From NCBI GenBank assembly GCA_950097015.1, contig CATNEN010000001.1, positions 8,556,001-8,620,000 of the forward strand: 64,000 bases of DNA, given 5' to 3'. This stretch comes from Macrostomum hystrix. Lineage: Eukaryota; Animalia; Platyhelminthes. The notes beneath the pieces are model-generated. The model searched no databases. It saw only the letters and a program-made list of their open reading frames with translations, and was not told where the DNA came from. Shown here one piece after another: positions 60,201 to 64,000 of this stretch. The stretch's first letter is position 1. Each line of letters begins with the position of its first letter. The position numbers and the translations under genes were made by a program.

Positions 60201-60589
60201 AAAGTTAAATAACGCAATATTTTGGCTGCGAATTTTATTACTACATTACTAATCAGACACAAGAATAGACAATACGAAGGTAAATTAATTAGTTAATTAG
60301 TTAATTATTAGCATATTTATAGTGATTCTAGTTTAGTGCTAAATAGCACAATTTTGAGCCATAATCAGCTATTTATTGAACACTCTGCCCCATTCTAAAA
60401 TTACAATCAACAGTTTAAAACTTGGACGAATGGAGCAACGAGCCTTGCCAAAAAACTGCTAGTAAATTAAAAAATTTCAATAACTAACAACTGCGTAAAT
60501 AAAACTGAAAATTTCTTACCTGGGGCTCCGACTAGAAGAAGTAGAAAAAGCACCAAGGAGGCCGGGACCTTAAGCGACGAAGAAAACAT
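44732..60589 (-). CDS. Type I membrane protein with one MAM-like domain encoded by two mutually exclusive exon arrays (14 A x 20 B)
   Basis: Exon 1 (signal peptide) + one A + one B + 45610-45523 + 45255-44732 gives one open frame of roughly 400 aa with the MAM pattern CDFE..C.W...CLSF.Y...W...W....V......FKLIFEG...ICVDNI...PC, then a TM helix. Confidence 0.9.
45523..45610 (-). CDS. MAM receptor constant exon (domain C-terminus)
   Basis: TCTCTAG|CTG...CATC|GTGAGT; LIFEGTIPANNPNARICVDNITAYHRPCH; phase 0 in, phase 1 out. Confidence 0.9.
45724..46445 (-). CDS. Variable cassette B20, split in two (46445-46392 + 45856-45724)
   Basis: SCQRRNVDIETQNSGVF-C-QNKALW...DYSDFK; internal intron TG|GTAATG...TGCAG|C. 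Confidence 0.75.
46550..46700 (-). CDS. Variable exon B19
   Basis: AG|N SCRNVESK...GIFCQNSPLW...SDFK|GT. Confidence 0.85.
46827..46983 (-). CDS. Variable exon B18
   Basis: AG|N SCHQTERS...VTCDNVKIW...VDFK|GT. Confidence 0.85.
47496..47664 (-). CDS. Variable exon B17
   Basis: AG|N SCSQSDVN...LCHSDKIW...ADFK|GT. Confidence 0.85.
47796..47976 (-). CDS. Variable exon B16
   Basis: AG|N SCQQANEI...LCKNKLIW...SDFK|GT. Confidence 0.85.
48115..48277 (-). CDS. Variable exon B15
   Basis: AG|N SCLQSNRV...LCDNKRLW...GDFK|GT. Confidence 0.85.
48431..48587 (-). CDS. Variable exon B14
   Basis: AG|N SCTQNQRE...TCGNQVVW...QDFK|GT (below the ORF-track threshold). Confidence 0.85.
48690..48864 (-). CDS. Variable exon B13
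   Basis: AG|N SCSTSEDQ...TCKNERVW...SDFK|GT. Confidence 0.85.
48982..49144 (-). CDS. Variable exon B12
   Basis: AG|N SCLQSDQV...TCDNKKLW...NDFK|GT. Confidence 0.85.
49267..49429 (-). CDS. Variable exon B11
   Basis: AG|N SCTQDHRQ...TCGNQVVW...PDFK|GT. Confidence 0.85.
49552..49705 (-). CDS. Variable exon B10
   Basis: AG|N SCSTSEDQ...LCKNERIW...SDYK|GT. Confidence 0.85.
49843..50032 (-). CDS. Variable exon B9
   Basis: AG|N SCSQENTK...TCHNEVAW...TDFK|GT. Confidence 0.85.
50154..50331 (-). CDS. Variable exon B8
   Basis: AG|N SCSQENNS...LCHNEIVW...SDFK|GT. Confidence 0.85.
50470..50635 (-). CDS. Variable exon B7
   Basis: AG|N SCTQKVRN...LCDNRVVW...SDFK|GT. Confidence 0.85.
50761..51015 (-). 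CDS. Variable cassette B6, split in two (51015-50959 + 50863-50761)
   Basis: SCVSMEKQRAGQEVAGHY-C-ENLKLW...RDFK; internal 95-nt intron TG|GTATGT...TTCTAG|T. Confidence 0.8.
51173..51314 (-). CDS. Variable exon B5
   Basis: AG|N SCTVAKPK...MCRNEDVW...SDFK|GT. Confidence 0.85.
51469..51625 (-). CDS. Variable exon B4
   Basis: AG|N SCTVASNI...LCESDVLW...ADFK|GT. Confidence 0.85.
51735..51900 (-). CDS. Variable exon B3
   Basis: AG|N SCSQLKAI...NCDNWELW...TDFK|GT. Confidence 0.85.
52036..52189 (-). CDS. Variable exon B2
   Basis: AG|N SCVSDSEL...LCKSVEIW...TDFK|GT. Confidence 0.85.
52413..52602 (-). CDS. Variable exon B1
   Basis: AG|N SCMSGSKL...LCKSVTLW...ADFK|GT. Confidence 0.85.
52891..52916 (-). 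promoter_or_regulatory. Docking site for cluster B (RNA AUUUGGCAGCGGGGAAGACUUCAAGG)
   Basis: Single copy, reverse-complementary to the motif found upstream of the B exons. Confidence 0.85.
53128..53479 (-). CDS. Variable exon A14
   Basis: SCTDINCDFASQRMCNY...MCLDFSM...LLKRSR GG|GT. Confidence 0.85.
53616..53958 (-). CDS. Variable exon A13
   Basis: IECKSNSPMSCAWSDD...MCLQFSY...LLKRSF GG|GT; alternative in-frame acceptor at 53952. Confidence 0.85.
54192..54522 (-). CDS. Variable exon A12
   Basis: IGCASSSPVLCAWSD...MCLEFAF...LLKRSF GG|GT. Confidence 0.85.
54646..54970 (-). CDS. Variable exon A11
   Basis: IDCSSSSPTLCTWSD...MCVQFVY...LLKRSH GG|GT. Confidence 0.85.
55097..55451 (-). CDS. Variable exon A10
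   Basis: IDCSSSSPILCTWSD...MCLQFIY...LLKRTF GG|GT. Confidence 0.85.
55597..55960 (-). CDS. Variable exon A9
   Basis: LACYSSASTSCTWRND...MCLQFSY...LLKRVS GG|GT. Confidence 0.85.
56069..56405 (-). CDS. Variable exon A8
   Basis: LACSSAGHCSWRDD...MCLAFSY...LLKRNW GG|GT. Confidence 0.85.
56532..56898 (-). CDS. Variable exon A7
   Basis: LSCISASATPCRWRDD...MCLSFAY...LLKRSR GG|GT. Confidence 0.85.
57040..57334 (-). CDS. Variable exon A6
   Basis: LQCTARGHCAWLND...MCLQFAY...LLKRSL GG|GT. Confidence 0.85.
57477..57783 (-). CDS. Variable exon A5
   Basis: LHCESKSRCYWLDD...GCLHFRY...LLRRNR GG|GT. Confidence 0.85.
57917..58289 (-). CDS. Variable exon A4
   Basis: LNCHSDGVDTCLWSDD...ACLQFSY...LLKRHS GG|GT; TAGCAG tandem acceptor (58289 or 58286). 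Confidence 0.85.
58408..58786 (-). CDS. Variable exon A3
   Basis: LSC...SCNWFND...GCMQFAY...LLKRNS GG|GT. Confidence 0.85.
58930..59278 (-). CDS. Variable exon A2
   Basis: DRWSNDGYNRELEW...LCLSFGY...LLRRSS GG|GT. Confidence 0.8.
59802..60144 (-). CDS. Variable exon A1
   Basis: VCDFE...ACNW...ARLQSPW...RCLSFVY...LLKSAH GG|GT; most canonical MAM start. Confidence 0.85.
60428..60454 (-). promoter_or_regulatory. Docking site for cluster A (RNA UUUUUGGCAAGGCUCGUUGCUCCAUUC)
   Basis: Single copy about 65-90 nt into intron 1, reverse-complementary to 13 selector motifs. Confidence 0.9.
60520..60589 (-). CDS. MAM receptor exon 1: signal peptide
   Basis: MFSSSLKVPASLVLFLLLLVGAP G|GTAAG, phase 1. 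Confidence 0.85.
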
Positions 60590-60729
60590 GATTAATTAAT
60601 TGATTTTTATATCAGACGATATAGTTTGAGTTTCTGCTCTTGTCTTGCTGTCGCTTTTGTGATGACGGCTGTTGCAGTTAGAGATTGCAGAGAAAAGCTG
60701 CGCTGCAAATAAATCAGGGGAATATTATG

Positions 60730-63270
60730 ATGGGATCTCAGTTATTTGGGATCTCAGTAGGATAGAATATCAGTAGGATGGGATCTCAGTAGGATGGGAT
60801 ATCAGTAGGATGGGATCTCAAAAGGATGGGATCTCAAAAGGATGGGCTCTCAGTATGATGGGATCTCAGTTGGATGGGATCTTAGTAGGATGGGATCTCA
60901 GTTGGAAGGGATCTTAGTAGGATGGAATCTCAGTTGGATGGGATCTTAGTAGGATGGGATCTCAGTATGATGGGATCTCAGTTGGATGGGATCTTAGTAG
61001 GATGGGATCTCAGTATGATGGGATCTCAGTTGGATGGGATCTTAGTAGGATGGGATCTCAGTTCGATGGGATCTCAGTAGGATGGGATCTTAGTTGGATG
61101 GGATCTTAGTAGGATGGGATCTCAGTATGATGGGATCTCAGTTGGATGGGATCTTAGTAGGATGGGATCTCAGTTCGATGGGATCTCAGTAGGATGGGAT
61201 CTTAGTTGGATGGGATCTTAGTAGGATGGGATCTCAGTTCGATGGGATCTCAGTAGGATGGAATCTCAGTTGGATGGGATCTTAGTAGGATGGGATCTCA
61301 GTAGGATGGAATCTCAGTTGGATGGGATCTTAGTAGGATGGAATCTCAGTTGGATGGGATCTCAGTTGGATGGGATCTCAGTTGGATGGGATCTTAGTAG
61401 GATGGAATCTCAGTTGGATGGGATCTTAGTAGGATGGGATCTCAGTATGATGGGATCTCAGTTGGATGGGATCTTAGTAGGATGGGATCTCAGTATGATG
61501 GGATCTCAGTTGGATGGGATCTTAGTAGGATGGGATCTCAGTTCGATGGGATCTCAGTAGGATGGGATCTTAGTTGGATGGGATCTTAGTAGGATGGGAT
61601 CTCAGTTCGATGGGATCTCAGTAGGATGGAATCTCAGTTGGATGGGATCTTAGTAGGATGGGATCTCAGTAGGATGGAATCTCAGTTGGATGGGATCTTA
61701 GTAGGATGGAATCTCAGTTGGATGGGATCTCAGTTGGATGGGATCTCAGTTGGATGGGATCTTAGTAGGATGGGATCTCAGTTGGATGGGATCTCAGTAG
61801 GATGGAATCTCAGTTGGATGGGATCTTAGTAGGATGGGATCTCAGTAGGATAGGATCTCAGTTGGATGGAATCTTAGTAGGATGGGATCTCAGTAGGATA
61901 GGATCTCAGTTGGATGGAATCTTAGTAGGATGGGATCTCAGTAGGATGGAATCTCAGTTGGATGGGATCTTAGTAGGATGGGATCTCAGTAGGATAGGAT
62001 CTCAGTTGGATGGAATCTTAGTAGGATGGAATCTCAGTTGGATGGGATCTTAGTAGGATGGAATCTCAGTTGGATAAAATCTTAGTAGGATGGGATCTCA
62101 GTAGGATGGAATCTCAGTTGGATGGGATCTTAGTAGGATGGGATCTCAGTAGGATAGGATCTCAGTTGGATGGAATCTTAGTAGGATGGGATCTCAGTAG
62201 GATGGAATCTCAGTTGGATGGGATCTTAGTAGGATGGGATCTCAGTAGGATAGGATCTCAGTTGGATGGAATCTTAGTAGGATGGGATCTCAGTAGGATG
62301 GGATCTCAGTAGGATGGGATCTCAGTAGGATGGGATCTCAGTAGGATGGGATCTCAAAAGGATAGGCTCTCAGTATGATGGGATCTCAGTTAGATGGGAG
62401 GTCATTTGGATGGGATCTCAGTTCTTTGGGATCTCAGTTGGATGGGATCTTAGTAGGATGGGATCTCAAAAGGATGGCCTCTCAGTATGATGGGATCTCA
62501 GTTTTTTGGGATCTCAGTTACTTGGGATCTCAGTTCTTTGGGATCTCAGTTACTTGGGATCTCAGTTCTTTGGGATCTCAGTTACTTGGGATCTCAGTTC
62601 TTTGGGATCTCAGTTACTTGGGATCTCAGTTTTTTGGGATCTCAGTTTTTTGGGATCTCAGTTCTTTGGGATCTCAGTTACTTGGGATCTCAGTTCTTTG
62701 GGATGTCAGTTCTTTGGGATCTCAGTTCTTTGGGATCTCAGTTCTTTGGGATCTCAGTTACTTGGGATCTCAGTTCTTTGGGATGTCAGTTCTTTGGGAT
62801 CTCAGTTTTTTGGGATGTCAGTTTTTTGGGATCTCAGTTTTTTGGGATCTCAGTTCTTTGGGATCTCAGTTCTTTGGGATCTCAGTTACTTGGGATCTCA
62901 GTTTTTTGGGATCTCAGTTCTTTGGGATCTCAGTTCTTTGGGATCTCAGTTACTTGGGATCTCAGTTTTTTGGGATCTCAGTTCTTTGGGATGTCAGTTC
63001 TTTGGGATCTCATTTACTTGGGATCTCAGTTCTTTGGGATGTCAGTTCTTTGGGATCTCAGTTCTTTGGGATCTCAGTTCTTTGGGATCTCAGTTCTTTG
63101 GGATCTCAGTTACTTGGGATCTCAGTTTTTTGGGATCTCAGTTCTTTGGGATGTCAGTTCTTTGGGATCTCATTTACTTGGGATCTCAGTTCTTTGGGAT
63201 GTCAGTTCTTTGGGATCTCAGTTCTTTGGGATCTCAGTTACTTGGGATCTCATTTACTTGGGATCTCAGC
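60730..63270. repeat. 2.5-kb 16-bp satellite with two sub-variants
   Basis: TAGGATGGGATCTCAG-type units switch to TTCTTTGGGATCTCAG-type units near 62400-62500. Confidence 0.95.
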
Positions 63271-63615
63271 TACTTAAAAAATGTAAGACAAAAAGCCATT
63301 GTTATAGATTATTGCATAAAAAGCTAGCAATTACATATTGCCAAGAATCTGATGTACTTAAAAATCGATAGAAAAAATATATCAACCAATTCAAAATTAA
63401 CTAAAAAAGTAATACAGAACTTAATCTTTACGAAAAATGTATAGTCAGAAATCAAAGCAATAAAAAGTACATAATAAAATGAAATATATATTTCTTTTGA
63501 ACAGAGACGCTTACACTACTGATGAGTGAGTAGTATTGGTGTATCAAAATTCTTATATTGCAAAAATGTAATATTTTTCTATTGCACTCTAATTAGAAAT
63601 CAGATATTCCACATT

Positions 63616-63790
63616 TTAATAAGAAGCCAGCTTAGACAAGGCGTGTTTCAACTTCTCAGCGGCTAGAGCACAGTCCTCTCTACTCAGATCATTGTGCGTC
63701 AGCATTCGAATATTGCGCTCGGAAACTGCCGGCGCGCGCAGCCTAATTTTACAGGCGTCTGTGGGCTGAAGTTGTGGCGGGATGAAGGCC
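63616..63790 (-). CDS. Last exon of a gene, possibly low-specificity threonine aldolase
   Basis: Acceptor CCTTCAG|GCC; IRMLTHNDLSRED resembles the aldolase C-terminal R.VTH.D.S.ED; the rest of the gene lies outside the window. Confidence 0.5.
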
Positions 63791-63854
63791 TGAAGGTGGG
63801 GTGGTAGTGGCTTGAAGAAACAAGTCATAGTAGCTTAAAGGTACGGAGGATAAT

Positions 63855-64000
63855 AGCCTGAAGATACCCTAAAGATAGGGAGGATACAATAGCCTGAATA
63901 TAGGGAGGATACAATAGCCTGAAGATAGGAAGGATACAATAGCCTGAATATAGGTAGGATACAATAGCCTGAATATAGGGAGGATACAATAGCCTGAATA
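63855..64000. repeat. About 26-bp tandem repeat running off the window
   Basis: Unit ATAGCCTGAATATAGGGAGGATACA. Confidence 0.85.

Noticed and set aside
61258-63371. Repetitive ORFs of up to 300 aa
   Set aside because: Translations of a 16-bp satellite in multiple frames

Overview
Intron-rich animal genomic DNA. SINE and minisatellite content suggest an invertebrate, possibly a flatworm, but the sequence alone cannot confirm this. Ordinary genes: last exon of an ERG4/ERG24-LBR sterol reductase, two divergent TKL-type kinases, an Mx/dynamin-like GTPase, a Gly-rich ALK/LTK-GRD-like gene, a CRAL-TRIO protein, MsrB, a class I sirtuin, a TRPV-like channel, BUD13, and a probable threonine aldolase last exon. 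These sit among SINEs, a hAT MITE, a non-autonomous LTR element, LINE, Tc1 and Polinton fossils, and many minisatellites. The standout is a minus-strand gene at 44732-60589 encoding a signal peptide, one MAM-like domain, a TM helix and a PPxY tail. Its single domain is assembled from two adjacent arrays of apparently mutually exclusive exons: 14 cluster-A exons (phase 1 to 2) and 20 cluster-B cassettes (phase 2 to 0), giving up to 280 ectodomain isoforms. Each array has one intronic docking site, and complementary selector sequences lie upstream of nearly every variable exon, as in the competing RNA pairing of insect Dscam1, but here in a non-Ig receptor. All exon boundaries were read by eye and need RNA confirmation.
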